A DNA stretch of 64,000 nt from the human T2T-CHM13v2.0 reference genome, Homo sapiens. Positions 29,127 through 42,729 of this stretch are shown in pieces. The position numbers and the translations under genes were made by a program. Under the pieces are notes generated by a model, which saw only the letters and a list, made by a program, of their open reading frames with translations, had not been told where the DNA came from and searched no databases. The stretch is from assembly GCF_009914755.1 (NCBI RefSeq), contig NC_060931.1. One strand, 5' to 3'. Within the stretch, counting starts at the first letter, position 1; each line of letters begins with the position of its first letter.

Positions 29127-32014
29127 TAGATGTTTTTATTGATACTATTTGCAAAATACTTTATTTGTGAAAAAAACTGTAATAGCAGTTGTTCCCTAAT
29201 GTATTTTGTCTATTCCTATAAGGATTTTAAATGACTGCCTACTACCTCCACACACCTCACAATCTAACACTTTCACATCCTTCAAAATTCTAGGTTGGGG
29301 GCTGAGTGAAATTCTTTGGGGATTCTTCTACTTCAGCCCAAAAGCATCACATCCTTTTCTTGGGAGGAGCAATTAAAATTCAGCTCAATATTTACCCTCA
29401 ATATAACCCCATCTTCATTATGTCTAATAGAATTTGTTTTATTTCTGTGACATGAATGTATCATTCTTCCCTAGTTTTCAGTGGTGTGACAGATCACTTC
29501 AATTTTTATGATCCTTTTGTATAAAAGAAAAACAGAGATGCCAAGACACTGGTGTGAGTGATGAGCTGAATTCACTGTTGGACAGGGCAGGGAAAACTGG
29601 ATCCAATACAAAGGAATGAAGCTGTAAATAATAGGGCCTCTTGAATATCAAAGAATAACTCTAAGACAGTTAGTTTAAAATATTGGAGATTCGCTTATAT
29701 ATAGGTGTATAGGAAGGAGAGCAGCTTCTGTGAAAACTGCCTCCTCAACCAAGAGCAAAGATAGGGTTTATAAATGCAAATCTATAAAATTCACCAAAAA
29801 GAGTGACGAGTCAGCTGAAATAAGGACTTGGCTTCTTACTTTAGATTAGGTGATTGTGCTGGAGCTTAGCATACACCAATTTCTGTCACCTAGGTTGAAA
29901 ATCAAATCAATTAAGTTCAGTCAGTATAATACAGTTGAGTCAAAATGTATCAGCCTGTTTTCCTGCTGATTCTGGTCAGTTATGCAAGAAAAAAATGCTA
30001 TAGTTTTTTCCTAAATCCCATCTGCTCTTCTATCTTTCAACCACATGCACACTTCAAGGTCAGGATCATGCAGCAAACAAGTTTGTGTTTGCACACTCAA
30101 AACTCAGCAACAACTTCCTTCATTGCTTTGTCCATATTAGAAAGGATTTAGGAAGAATAAGTTAGATTGTTGGGCTCAAGGACCTATGTCACTATGTCAT
30201 TTTGAATATTTTAGACAAAATTCAAGGAAGGAAAAAACAGCAGATGCTGCCATTATCCTTACTTTATTAGAAATTATTCATCATATTTAAACGATTTAGA
30301 TCTGTCTTCAAAAACATTTATTTGAATTAAAATTACCAATCACAGTACCTGCTATCATAAAATCACAGATTCTAAGTTAACCTCTTACCTAATCCAATGT
30401 TACTTTCCACCAGATACTTGAATCCCTTGAACCAAATCACTTATTAGTGATCTTCAAAAGTGGTGAAAATCCAGCAAAAGAAATAGTATAGATATAGCTT
30501 ATTCTACTTTTGTATGCTTCTGATTTCACCACGGATCCACTGATTATCTGTTTTGTTTGGTTTGCTATGATTTTTCCCACCCTGAAAAAAATTTAATAAA
30601 TGCCTTAATGAGAGAATTAACTTTTTTAGCCCAAGCTGCCTCTTTTGAACTTCTCTTTTTCCTTGTTAAGCACATTAAAAGGGAGAAGTTAATTATTGTA
30701 TCTAGATATTGCCAACCAACAAAATCGTATACCTAGAAAACTAAAAGGTCTCCTGCTTTGATCAACCAAATAATATTAGCCCAGCAATTGTTCAAATGAG
30801 TCTATTATAAGAATTTTTTAAAAAGCAAAACAGATAATGTTAAAATCAAACTCAAAATTGTAGCTTAACGGGGATTTGAATTGCATAACTTCTTTACATT
30901 GAAAAGAATTCCTTTACTTAATAAAAAGTATGTTTTGCGATAAGCATTGGAGACATCAGTATGAACTGATATTTAGCTTCATATAAATACAGATGGTTAC
31001 ATATGGGAATATTTATAGATTTGTATATATGCAGTGGTTATTAAGCACATATATATTTCCTTGCTCTGTCAGCTGAGAGAGCTAGTAACAATAACACCCC
31101 AGTAGCAAAAAGGACACCTAGTATCCAGATCTTGGTTTCTAATAGCATTCTGCAGTAAAAGTAATCAAGGCTCCTAAAAGAAATGACTGGTTCTAGGGCT
31201 AGGACAAAAAATAGACAAGATGATCCTTCAATATTTTGTAGTGTCAGAATGTATGGAAATTCTAAACAAACAAGCAGAATGGATATCTCACATGATGGGG
31301 GCATGTCAAAGGGACACATAGCAAGCTGAAAGATCTCCCTGTGGTCAAAATTCCAATAATTTGAGCAATAGAATTTTAAAATAATACTGGCTTATAACAC
31401 AAAGTTTAAAATAAATATCCATGAGTCCATACCAATAGGACTGAATGATTAAATAAGTAAATGGAGCAGAAAAGACAAATTTTCCCATGGTGAAGTTTTT
31501 AAAATAATTCGTGTAGATACTCTGCCATCAAGAAGGGAGAGTAAAACTCACCACTCCTTTAATGTGGACTGTGTGTAGTAACTTGCTTCAAAAAAATACA
31601 TTATGGAAAAGGAGAGGAAAAAAAAACCAGTGACTTTACAGTGGATAAATCTGTCAAACACTGCATCAGCCTGGTGATCAAGGTTAACATCAACAGTGAT
31701 AAGTAATATTAACACTAAGTATCTTTGATATAAGGTGATGAAAATGGCACTTTACCTCTGTAGTCTTCCTTCCAAAAACTCGTAATCCCAGTCTAATAAT
31801 GAGAAAAATATCACACAAATGCTAATAGAAGAGCATTCTACAGAATTCATGACCAGCATTTCTCAAAACCATCAAAGTCATTAAAAACAAGACTAAGAAA
31901 CAGTCACAGCCAAGAGGAGTATAAGAAGATTGGACAATGAAATGTTTATGGTGTCCTAAATAAAATATAGTAACAGAAAAAAGATATTGGGTTAAAAATA
32001 ATAAAATCAATCTA

Positions 32015-32490
32015 CTAAATAATAGCATTCGTAGCAACCTGGATGGAAGTGGAGACTATTATTCTAAGTTAAATAACTCAGGAATGGAAAACCAAACATC
32101 GTATGTTCTCACTCATAATTGGGAACTAAGCTATGAGGACACAAAGACATAAGAATGATTCAATGGACTTTGGGGAAAGGGTGGGAAGGGGGTGAGGGAT
32201 AAAAGACTACTCATTGGGTACAATGAATACTACTTGAATGAGCTTATTAAATATTCCAAAAGTAGGGAAACAGGACTTGACTGTATGTATGGTGAGCAGG
32301 CCCCAAAATATATTCCTATGCCATATTGAGAAATTCTGAAAAAAGTGAATAGCTGTATTATAAATAATATGTATAATATTTATAAATATTTTCAACCCAT
32401 GATGTTGAAAAATCTCGGAAATCACCACTAAAGAACTTACTCATGTAACTGAATACCCATTCCCCAAAAACCTATTGAAATAAAAGAATT
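32015..32490 (+). mobile_element. L1PB 3' end fragment with a ~165 bp foreign insert
   Basis: gcaacctggatggaagtggagactattattctaagt...aaatcaccactaaagaacttactcatgtaac...ccccaaaaacctattgaaataaaa. Confidence 0.85.
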
Positions 32491-32597
32491 TTAAAAATTC
32501 AGAAAGAATATATATTCAAAGAAATAAAGTCAGGGATTTTCTCTGTTTCTGTAAAGGATGAGGATTACATTTCCATTTCTCAGAAAGACAGAGGGAT

Positions 32598-34895
32598 TGG
32601 TGTGGTTAGGCTGTGTCCCCACCCAAATCTCATGTTGAATTGTAGCTCTCATAATTCCCACGTGTTGTGGGAGGGACCCAGTGGGAGGTAATTGTATCAT
32701 GTGGCGGTTTTCCTCATCATATTCTCATGGCAGTGAATAAGTCTCACGAGATGTGATGGCTTTATAAGGAGTTTCCCCTTATGCTTTGCTTTCATTCTTT
32801 CTTGCCTACTGCCATGTAAGATGTGACTTTCACCTTTTGCTATGATTGTAAGGCCTCCCCAGCCACGTGGCGCTCTGAGTCCATTAAACCTCTTTTTCTT
32901 TATAAATTACTGAGTCTTGGGCATGTCTTTATCAGGAGTGTGAAAATAGACTACTGCCATTAAATTGATACCTGTAGAGTGGGGTCCTACTGTAAAGATA
33001 CCCGAAAATGTGGAAGGGACTTTGGAACTGGGTAACAGGCAGAGGTTGGAACACTTTGGAGGGCTCAGAAGAAGAGAAGAAAATGTGAGAAAACTTGCAA
33101 CTTCCTAGAGACTTGTTGAATAGTTTTGACCAAAATGCTGATAGTGATATGAACAATAAGGTCCAGGCTGAGGTGGTCTCAGATGGAGATAAGGAACTTG
33201 TTGGGAGCTGTAGTAAAGGTGACTCTTGCAATGTTTTAGCAAAGAGACTGGTGGCATTTTGCCCCTGCCCTAGAGATTTATGGAACTTGACTTGAGAGAT
33301 TTGATTTGATTTAGGGTATCTGGCAGAAGACATTTCTAAGCAGCAAAGCATTCAAGAGGTGACTTGGGTGCTGTTAAAAAGATTCCATTTTAAAAGTGAA
33401 ATAGAGCAAAAAAGTTTAGAAAATTTTCAGACTGATGATGTGAGAAAAAAGAAAAAACCATTTTCTGAGGAGAAATTTGAGCCTGCTGCATAAATTTGCA
33501 TAACAGGGAACCAAATGTTAATCGCCAAGATAATGGGGAAAATGTCTCCAGGGCATGTCAGAGACCTTTGTGGCAGCCCCTCCCATTACAGACCTGGAAG
33601 ACTAGGAGGAAAAAATGGCTTTGTGGGCTGGGCCCAGGACCTCTCTGCTGTGTGCAGCCTAGGGACTTGGTGCCCCACATCCCAGCCTCTCTAGCCATGG
33701 CTAAAAGGGGGCAAAGTACAGCTTGGCCCATGGCTTCAAAAGGTGCAAGCCCCAAGCCTTGGCAGCTTCCACATGGTGTTGAGCCTGCAGGTGCACAGAA
33801 GTCAAGAATAGAGGTTTGAGAAACTCCACCTAGGTTTCAGAGGATGTGTGGAAACAACTGGATATCTAGGCAGAAGTTTGCTTAAGGGGCGAGGCCCTCA
33901 TGGAGAACCTCTGCTAGGGCAGTATGAAAGGGAAATGTGGGGTGGGAGCCCCCACACAGAGTCCCCACTGGGGCACTGCCCAGTGGAGCTGTGAGAAAAG
34001 GGCCACTGTCCTCTAGACCCCAGAATGGTTGATCCACTGACAGCTTGCACCATGCACCTGAAAAAGTTGCAGACACTCAACACCAGACACTCAACACTCA
34101 TACTGGGAGGGAGTATGTACCCTGCAAAGCCACAGGGGTGGAACTGCCCAAGACCACGGGAACCTACCATCAGCATGACCTGGTTGTATGACATGGAGTC
34201 AAAGGAGATTGCTTTGGAGCTTTAAGATTTGACTGCCCCACTGGATTTTGGACTTGCATGGGGCCTTTAGCCCCTTCATTTTGGACAATTTTTCCTGTTT
34301 GGAAAATGTGTATTTATCCAATGACTGTACCCCCATTGTATCTAGGGAGTAAACAACTTGCTTTTGATCTTACAGGCTCATAGGTGGAAGGGACTTGCCT
34401 TGTCTCTGATGAGATTTTGAACTGTGGACTTTTGAGTTAATACTGAGATGAGTTAAGACTTTGGGGGACTGTTCAGAAGGCAGGATTGGTTTTGAAATGT
34501 GAGGACCTGATATTTGGGAGGGGCCAGGGGTGGAATTATATAGTTTGGCTGTGTCCCCACCCAAATCTCATCGTGAATTGTAGCTCCCATAATTCCCACA
34601 TGTTGTGTGAGGGACTGAGTGAGGGATAATTGAATCATGTGGGCAGTTTCCCTCATACTGTTTTGTGGTAGTGAATAAGTCTTATGAGATCTGATGGTTT
34701 TATAAGGGGTTTCCCTTTTTGCTTGGCTTTGATTCTGTCTTGCTGCCACCATTTAATATGTGCCTTTCACCTCTTGCCATGATTGTGAGGCCTCCCCAGC
34801 CACACAGAAGTGTGAGTCCATTAAACCTCTTTTTCTTTATAAATTACCCTGTTTCAGGTATGTCTTTATCAGCAGTGTGAAAACAGACAAATACA
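32598..34895 (+). mobile_element. Complete THE1 (THE1C/D-like) MaLR: LTR-internal-LTR
   Basis: LTRs 32598-~32959 and 34536-34895 (ggctgtgtccccacccaaatctcat); ~1.6 kb internal region; perfect 5-bp TSD GGGAT. Confidence 0.95.
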
Positions 34896-34932
34896 GGGAT
34901 GATTCTTGAGGATGGATATGGTTAGGAGTTCA

Positions 34933-35335
<403 letters not shown>

Positions 35336-35611
35336 TTACATGTGGACATTAGCTAATAATAATGTATCAATATTAGTTCATTAATTGTGACAAATGTATC
35401 ATACATTAGTAGGATGTCAATACAGGAAACCGGGTGGGTGGTATAGGGGAACTCTATACTATCGCCTTAATTTTTCTGTAAATCCAAAACTATATTTTAA
35501 AAAGTTAGGGTTTTTTAGAAGTACATGTTAAAGTATAAAATGTTTAGGTGATTTGGGTTCATATGTATAAATTATTAGAAGTCTAAAGTCAATTGTATTA
35601 AATTCTTTGTC

Positions 35612-35779
35612 TATTATTTTTATTGATTTATAATTATGCATATTTATGTGTTACATGTGATATTTTGATGCTTGCATATAACGTGTAACGATAAAATCAG
35701 TATATTTAGGACACCCATCATCTCAAACACATTTATCATTTCTTTTTGTTGTGAACATTTCAAATTTTTATTTCTAGCT
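35612..35779 (-). mobile_element. L1MA 3' end fragment
   Basis: tacatgtgatattttgat...cccatcatctcaaaca...tttatcatttcttt...gaacatttcaaat. Confidence 0.7.
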
Positions 35780-37091
35780 TAACTTCTTATTTTTCTTTCC
35801 TTGTTTTGCAATGGTAACTGCATTCTTTTCATAAAATGAGTTAAAATTATTTACTTTCACTGCCCCGGACTAAAATGTCCACATAAGTTCATATGCTTAA
35901 TATGCTATTCTGAAACCTCTTATTGCAATGTTTTTAATATAAATTCTTTTCAGAAACAATACCTTCTGGAGTTGCGTTTTCAACTTTACTGAGTGAAGGA
36001 CATTAGTTCTTCCCTTTACAGGTTCAAATAAATCTTACATTCAAAATGCAGGTCTCATATATATTACTTTTACTCTGAAAAGGAAAATGTGCCTTGTGAG
36101 ATAAACAAAATACAGTGCAATATGTGAACACAATTATGGATCTTGAGGGCTAAAAGTGACCCTGAAATGAAGAACTCCCAGTACAGAATTGAAAAAATTA
36201 TTCCAACAATGAGTAAATGATGGCAACCAGGGCAAAAAGAAAGTAAATCAAACACAGCAAAATAAAACACTCAAAGCACATCATATGGTAAAAATATTTA
36301 TATATGTTAGAAATAATATTTGTAATAAAGTTCTTCACTTTTTTCAGAATTTCTCCATATAGCATAGGAATATATTTGGAGGCCTGCTAGTCATATTTAT
36401 ATTAACATACAGTCAATTCCTGTTTCCCTGCTTTTGGAATATTTAATAAGATCAAAAGCCCTTTCCTGACATAAAAATTCTACACAACCGTGGAAAAACT
36501 CTGGGAAGAAAGTTGTTTCCTTTAGGCAGGAATGCATATTCTGTGATTTAAAGGGGGGAAATTTAGCTCAAACTGGAGGGCTTTCACTAGAGCATGATAA
36601 TGTTAGAACTACAGAAAGCAGACTTTAGGTATTTGGGAAAGAAAGTAGTTGTGCTAAAAAAATTATGCCAAATTTGAAATAGGACAAAGGAATCACCGTA
36701 TTGCCTTTCAGTGTCAGAACACTGTGTAATAGGACCACCCAAGGATTATCTAATTCTCAAGGGGATGTACCTTTGTTCGATTTACTAGTTACCTTTGATA
36801 AAGGCCCAGGTTCTATGAATTACATGTCAATGGTATAGATTGTTTTGTCCAGTAGAGGTGCAAATTATTTCTCTCAGAAAAGACAACCCAAAAGGTTATA
36901 GTTTTATTGCCCTGTAGGACATTAATCAGTTTTATCTCTTACCGAGTAAACTTTTTTCAGCAAGTCTTCTATTTCTTGGCTGACTATCAATCAACTTCTC
37001 GCTCTCCTTTTCTATTTCTCTCTCTTAATATCTCTCTGTCTCACCCTTTCTATATATAGAGAGATCTCTCTATACACGTATAAATATATAT

Positions 37092-37680
37092 ACTTTTCTG
37101 TCTAGCTAGAGGATTGTAAATGCATCAGTCATTGCTGTGTCTAGCTAAAGGATTGTAAATGCACCAATCAGCACTCCGTAAAAACGCACAAATCAGCACT
37201 CTGTGTCTAGCTAAAGGATTGTAAATGCACTAATCAGCACTCCGTAAAAATGCACAGATCAGCACTCTGTGTCTAGCTAAAGGATTGTAAATGCACCAAT
37301 CAGCACTCTGTAAAAACACACCAATCAGCACTCTGTGTCTAGCTAAAGGATTGTAAATGCACCAATCAGCACTCTGTAAAATGGACCAATCAGCACTCTG
37401 TAAAATGGGCCAATCAGCACTCTATAAAATGGACCAATCAGCAGGACGTGGGCAGGGACAAATAAGGAAATAAAGGTGGCCAGCAGCGGCAACCCGCTCG
37501 GGTCCCCTTCCATGCTGTGAAAGCTTTGTTCTTTCACTCTTTTCAATAAATTTTGCTGCTCCTCACTCTTAGGGTCCACACCACCTTTAAGAGCTGTAAC
37601 ACTCACCATGGAGGTCTGCGGCTTCAGTCTTGAAGTCAGCGAGACCAAGAACCCACTGGAAGGAACCAACTCCAGACACA
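37092..37680 (+). mobile_element. LTR12 (LTR12F-like, HERV9) LTR, first ~50 nt missing
   Basis: Tandem tctagctaaaggattgtaaatgcaccaatcagcactc units; cagcagcggcaacccgctcgggtcccc; ends accaactccagacaca. Confidence 0.92.
37160..37480 (+). promoter_or_regulatory. LTR12 U3 CCAAT (NF-Y) array and TATA-like region
   Basis: Seven intact CCAATCAG motifs counted between ~37163 and ~37441, followed by an ggaaataaag box. Confidence 0.6.
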
Positions 37681-40157
37681 TCTTGACTTTACATTATTTC
37701 ATATCAGGGTTTATTAAAACCTTGTTTTGTGTTTCAGGGTGGAAAGCAGTATTTTCAAGGTTTCACTTCCACAGGAACAGGTTATATGTATATACAGTAA
37801 ATTCTTCATTATTCATGCCAATAAAGAACATTCACATGAAAAATGAAAAAACCGTAACTAGCCTACCACCTGAGATAGAGATAGGTTCCATCTGCAAAGA
37901 AGTAAATGTGTGTTTCCACATCCGTTCATATTTAAGTCTCATGACAAACACCGTATAGTCAACTCCTGATTGTTTCCCACATATTTTCTGTCTAAAATAG
38001 TGGTGCCACCCAGATTGAGGTTTTCCAACACACTCATATTTAGAAAACTTGGAAGTTTATCTTTCTTTTACTGAACTGCTTATCTTTATTACTGAGGCGA
38101 ATTATACATCTGACCAAAAGGCTAATACACGAAGTAAGCCTTTGGGTTTTTCAATCAATTTAAAAGACATTAAAATAGCACCATTTGCACAGTCTTCAGA
38201 TATAAATGTGAGAAATACGAATATTTTAAATAAGTCAGGTGGAAAGGACAACCATACTGGATTAGGGCCTAAGAACCCCAGGTTCCAGTGGAGTTCATGC
38301 TACAGGTTTTACATGAGGAAATTAGCAAATCACCTGGGACTGTTTTTCTCAAATGAAAATTAGAGGACTGAGCTGACATCTAGAGAATATCTCAGTTCTC
38401 TTCCATTCCATAATTCATTGGCTCCTCTAAGTTTTTTCAAACATGAAAATAAATTTCAAATAAAATTCTTGCATTTATGAAAACATAAACATCTAAAATT
38501 TAAATAGGTATTTCTTCTAGGGTTAAGAAAAGAAAATAGTTGTAGTTGTACCTGGTTTTTACACTTACTCAAAAGAGCTAACATAGCCAAGGAAAGCTTC
38601 CATGTAACTGTACCAGTTGAGACAAGATTGTAAGTATCTCTTAATCTTGGACAATCTGCAGTGTTTGTGATGTGTTGACTAAAAATGTAACTATGTCAGT
38701 GCTATGGATTATATAATAACTTTTAAAAATAAACATTTCATAGATTGTCCCACATTTATCTGAGAACACATAAATAAAAACTAACATGAATCATCAGGAC
38801 ATCACGACATTCTCTTTTGAGTATGGCTGATAAAATCAATAGTAAAATCTACATAGCTCAAACGTCCAGCTTTGAAAACTAAAAACCTTATTCTTCAGTG
38901 TGAATTCTATCAGCTTTTGTTTTTCCAACATTACAATTTTTCTTTTCCCTACCAAAAAAAAATTGTCCCCACTTAAGTATTATCTTCAAGATCATTAATG
39001 TCCAAGTAAATGTGGTCTGACCAAATAATTTGGCACCATAGCTAGGACCAAAAAAAAAAAAAAAGTAAATAACTTTCAGAAGAATTAAAACACAGCTCTT
39101 TCTATTGGTGTAGGCATTTCAGTTCTGTTCTGCGACCTCCTCCCATTTAGCTAGAGATAGTTTCCATGGGAACTGAAGACTGTGTTCTACTGAGTCTTGA
39201 AACACACAAATATAAATTTTTGCTTCTTACAAGTGGGCAGCGATTTATCTCTCTAATGCTTAATGGAAGACATTTGAATCTATTTTGGTTTGAGACAAAA
39301 ACTGAAAGAAAGTTATGTCAATTATACTAATATACAATTTCAAAGCCTGAAATTAGAAATTAGTAAAATTGAGGTGAGTACAGCATAGTAATATATGTCC
39401 CAGCTGTTCTAGCTTTTCCAGGGTATTTTTTTTCCAAAGGGAGGAATATATTGCTGTATTAAATACTTGTGCTACCATGAAAAAACTTTAAAATTAATTT
39501 TCTTAATCCAAGCAGATTTTCCATTGTCATTGTTGCTTTTAAATAATCTCTTATGGAATATAGAGTGCAGAGTTGTAACAATATAAAATATCAAAATAGA
39601 TGTTTAATTTTTATGGGGCTTTTTTGGTAGAGAAAAATTTGGGATAGATTAATGGGAATGTTTAAGTCAGCACATGAAGAAATAAAAGAATTTCAAACTA
39701 TTGAGTTGAAAAACAGGTACAGCCTTTCAAAAGTCTAAAAACCCAAAACCCATGACCTTATAAAAAGAAAATTGGTATTACTCAAGAACAAATCCTAACT
39801 TTACTTGAAAATATCTCTGCATAAATATGTACAGCAAAGATAATAAAAACAGCTAAATCTACCCCAAGCTGAAAACAAAATCAACAAAAAGACAGTCAAC
39901 TCCCTGGAGGAATCTGTGTTTCTCTTGGTTGTGACACTGGTTACCAAGGTAGTGGTTATATTTGAGAGGCCCCTGGCTACAAATCCATGATCTTGAAGAC
40001 CTTCGGTAGAATCTGAAGCAAACAGATCATTATAATAGACTAACTTGTGCTTTCCAGTGTTCAAACACCTAGACCTTAACAAACCAAACTTCTCTTATTA
40101 AAAAGGCAAAGCAAGAATCAAGGTAATTATTGAAAATTTGGGGTTAAAACTCTTTTT

Positions 40158-40753
40158 CCTTTTTTTAGAAAATTTTATTATTATTATACTTTAAGTTTTA
40201 GGGTACATGTGCACAACGTGCAGGTTTGTTACATATGTATACATGTGCCATGCTGGTGTGCTGCACCCATTAACTCGTCATTTAGCATTACGTATATCTC
40301 CTAATGGTATCCCTCCCCCCTCCACCCACCCCACAACAGTCCCCGGTGTGTGATGTTCCCCTTCCTGTGTCCATGTGTTCTCATTGTTCAATTCCCACCT
40401 GTGAGTGAGAACATGTGGTGTTTGGTTTTTTGTCCTTGCAATAGTTTGCTGAGAATGATGGTTTCCAGTTTCATCCATGTCCCTACAAAGGACATGAACT
40501 CATCATATTTTATGGCTGCATAGTATTCCATGGTGTATATGTGCCACATTTTCTTAATCCAGACTATCATTGTTGGACATTTAGGTTGGTTGCAAGTCTT
40601 TGCTATTGTGAATAGTGCCGCTATAAACATATGTGTGCATGTGTCTTTATAGCAGCATGATTTATAATCCTTTGGGTATATACCCAGTAGACTGTAAACT
40701 GGTTCAACCATTGTGGAAATCAGTGTGGCGGCGATCCCTCAGGGATCTAGAAC
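40158..40753 (-). mobile_element. L1PA3/4 3' fragment with 5' inversion (twin priming)
   Basis: Minus-strand 3' end to 40689; plus-orientation piece gactgtaaac...tctagaac 40690-40753; TSD taaaactcttttt at 40145-40157 and 40754-40766. Confidence 0.92.
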
Positions 40754-40987
40754 TAAAACTCTTTTTATTTTAACTTTCCAGAGCAAAAAGTTAGAACATG
40801 TCCAACCAGTATTTTTTTAGATCCCATATATTTTAGAATCCTATAACAGGTATTGTAATAGGCAGGATAGAAACTAGCCCACATAATGTCTTCGTACAAT
40901 TTAGAGGACACACTGGTGTTGAGGTTTACAGCAAATAAAGCACAACTGGAATTTAAGCTCCCTCTCACTTCTTCATTCAGACACACT

Positions 40988-41027
40988 TGTGCAGTATATA
41001 AACTGCACAACTGTGCAGGTGGCTCTG
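40988..41027 (-). mobile_element. Possible MER91-like hAT-Tip100 terminal fragment
   Basis: Reverse complement cagagccacctgcacagttgtgcagtttatatactgcacaa resembles the MER91 terminus with its hairpin. Confidence 0.4.
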
Positions 41028-41206
41028 GCACAGGATCTTGAATATGCAGCGATGAATAGAACAGGCCAATCAACACAAGCAGAAAACAATAATTAGGATC
41101 TCATTATTAAAGGACTGTTAGTATTTAAGCAATAAATACTAATTGGATCAACATTCACCGAGAACCTACTATGTTCTTACTGTATAAGAAATACAAAGAT
41201 AGGATC

Positions 41207-41887
41207 TGAGAACTACAAAAGAACTCTTGGCACATAATGACTCCACACAAACCCCTGCACTAAGAGACCTGATCAACCCTAACATGGCTTCTGGCTGCCT
41301 AAGGCTACATCCCTGGAAAGACTCAACCCCTCCTTGAGTTCCTGTCTGAAAAAGCTCAAGCCTGTCGAAAGAATTTATTGTTTGTTCTAGCCAACATTTG
41401 ACAATAGGTCCCTGACTCCCCTTTCTTAGAGAATTTACTAAAAAGAGCTTATAATTGTAAATCCTTCCTCTGTAACTTTGAGATATATATGTATGTATCT
41501 CCTATGCCCCAGGGTATCTTTCTCAAGGACCTAAAAGCCATTCCTCTAAAATATAATAAGCAGGAAAGATAGAACCTCTGTATCTCAGTCTCTGTGGGAA
41601 GATAGAATTCCAACTTCAATAATTGCCAACTAGCATACACAGCTGGCCTAATCACATTTACACTGACCAACCTTCTTATTTACTTCTGGTAATTTTTTAC
41701 TTCCCTGACACTACTTGAGCCCTGCTCACTTTTCCTTCCTACTCCCTTATTCTCCTTTTAAAATGCCCCATCCATCACCTCTGCACAAATTGGAATGGAG
41801 CTTAGGTTGTTCCCTTACTGTCAGTAGTTACTGAATAAAATCTGTTTTTAGCACTTGAACTAATGTCCAGTTTGTTTATCTTTGAGA
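41207..41887 (+). mobile_element. ERV1 MER4-group solo LTR (MER39/MER34/LTR54-like)
   Basis: gaaaagctcaagcctgtcgaaagaatttattgtttgttctagccaaca shared with the 2174 LTR; aataaaatctg...tttatctttgaga end. Confidence 0.7.
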
Positions 41888-42729
41888 GATCTAAAGAAAA
41901 TATTCTAGTATGGAAAACAACCATGTTCAGAAATGACTATAAAATGCAAAATGAAAATTTGATTAATTAAATTGAAAGTACAAAATAAGGCCTGCACATT
42001 GCTACAATAACAATATAATATCTTAGAAGAAGGGAGAGATCCATTGTGCAGAGGTGAAAGGAAATATAGAAGTGGGACTTTAATTAGAAATATAGAAGTG
42101 GGACTTTAATTGTTTAACTTCGAACAAGAAAAATAGAATTGAATGTATATTATCATATGTTCATATTACTCCAAAAGACATAAGCATGGTCATAACCATA
42201 CCAATAAATTCTAATAGCCACAAGGGGAGAGATCTTGTCTGATTTTTTTCATATCTGCATTATCAATGTGTAAAATACAATGGTCTCAAAAATTTATTGA
42301 ATTAACTAATGAGATATCACTTATAAAAGGAAAGAAAGATATGTGATCTGAAAGACAGTTTATGCAAACTTAATTGGTCGCTTTCCCATTTTCTGTTGAA
42401 AGTTTATATACCAAGAAAATTTCAATCCTAACATGAATCTACAGAGGCTTTCCACATGTATATTTGAGGCTCCAAGTTTCATAAAGAATGATACAAGGAG
42501 AACAAAGTAAAGGAGAGCATATAACTTAAATTTATTTAACCCTTAAATAATATTTATTATAAACATTAATTTTATAGAGATTGGAAAAAAATTACAGAAT
42601 AAAATGAGACTAGAGACAAGAGTGAGAAGATGCTAAATATAAAACTTAGACAACAGACTTTCCACATACACAAAATTATTGTTGCAGTGTTTTTTAAAGT
42701 AACAGAAAATTGTAAAGACAAAATTACAG

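Noticed and set aside
32960-34535. THE1 internal ORF as a coding gene
   Set aside because: Broken by stops and frameshifts; typical MaLR internal sequence.
37100-37445. Regular repeat-spacer pattern resembling a CRISPR array
   Set aside because: The intervening segments are themselves repeats; this is the standard LTR12 U3 tandem array in a primate genome.
39945-40012. Possible minus-strand exon (ttcag|ATTCTACC...ACCTTG|gtaacc)
   Set aside because: Short and isolated, with no recognisable protein and no partner exons on that strand.
42585-42599. aaaaaaattacagaa as an alternative left TSD for the GRPEL2-L1 unit
   Set aside because: It lies ~130 bp from the pseudogene start inside host L1-like sequence; the copy at 42720 abuts the 5'UTR and restores host continuity.
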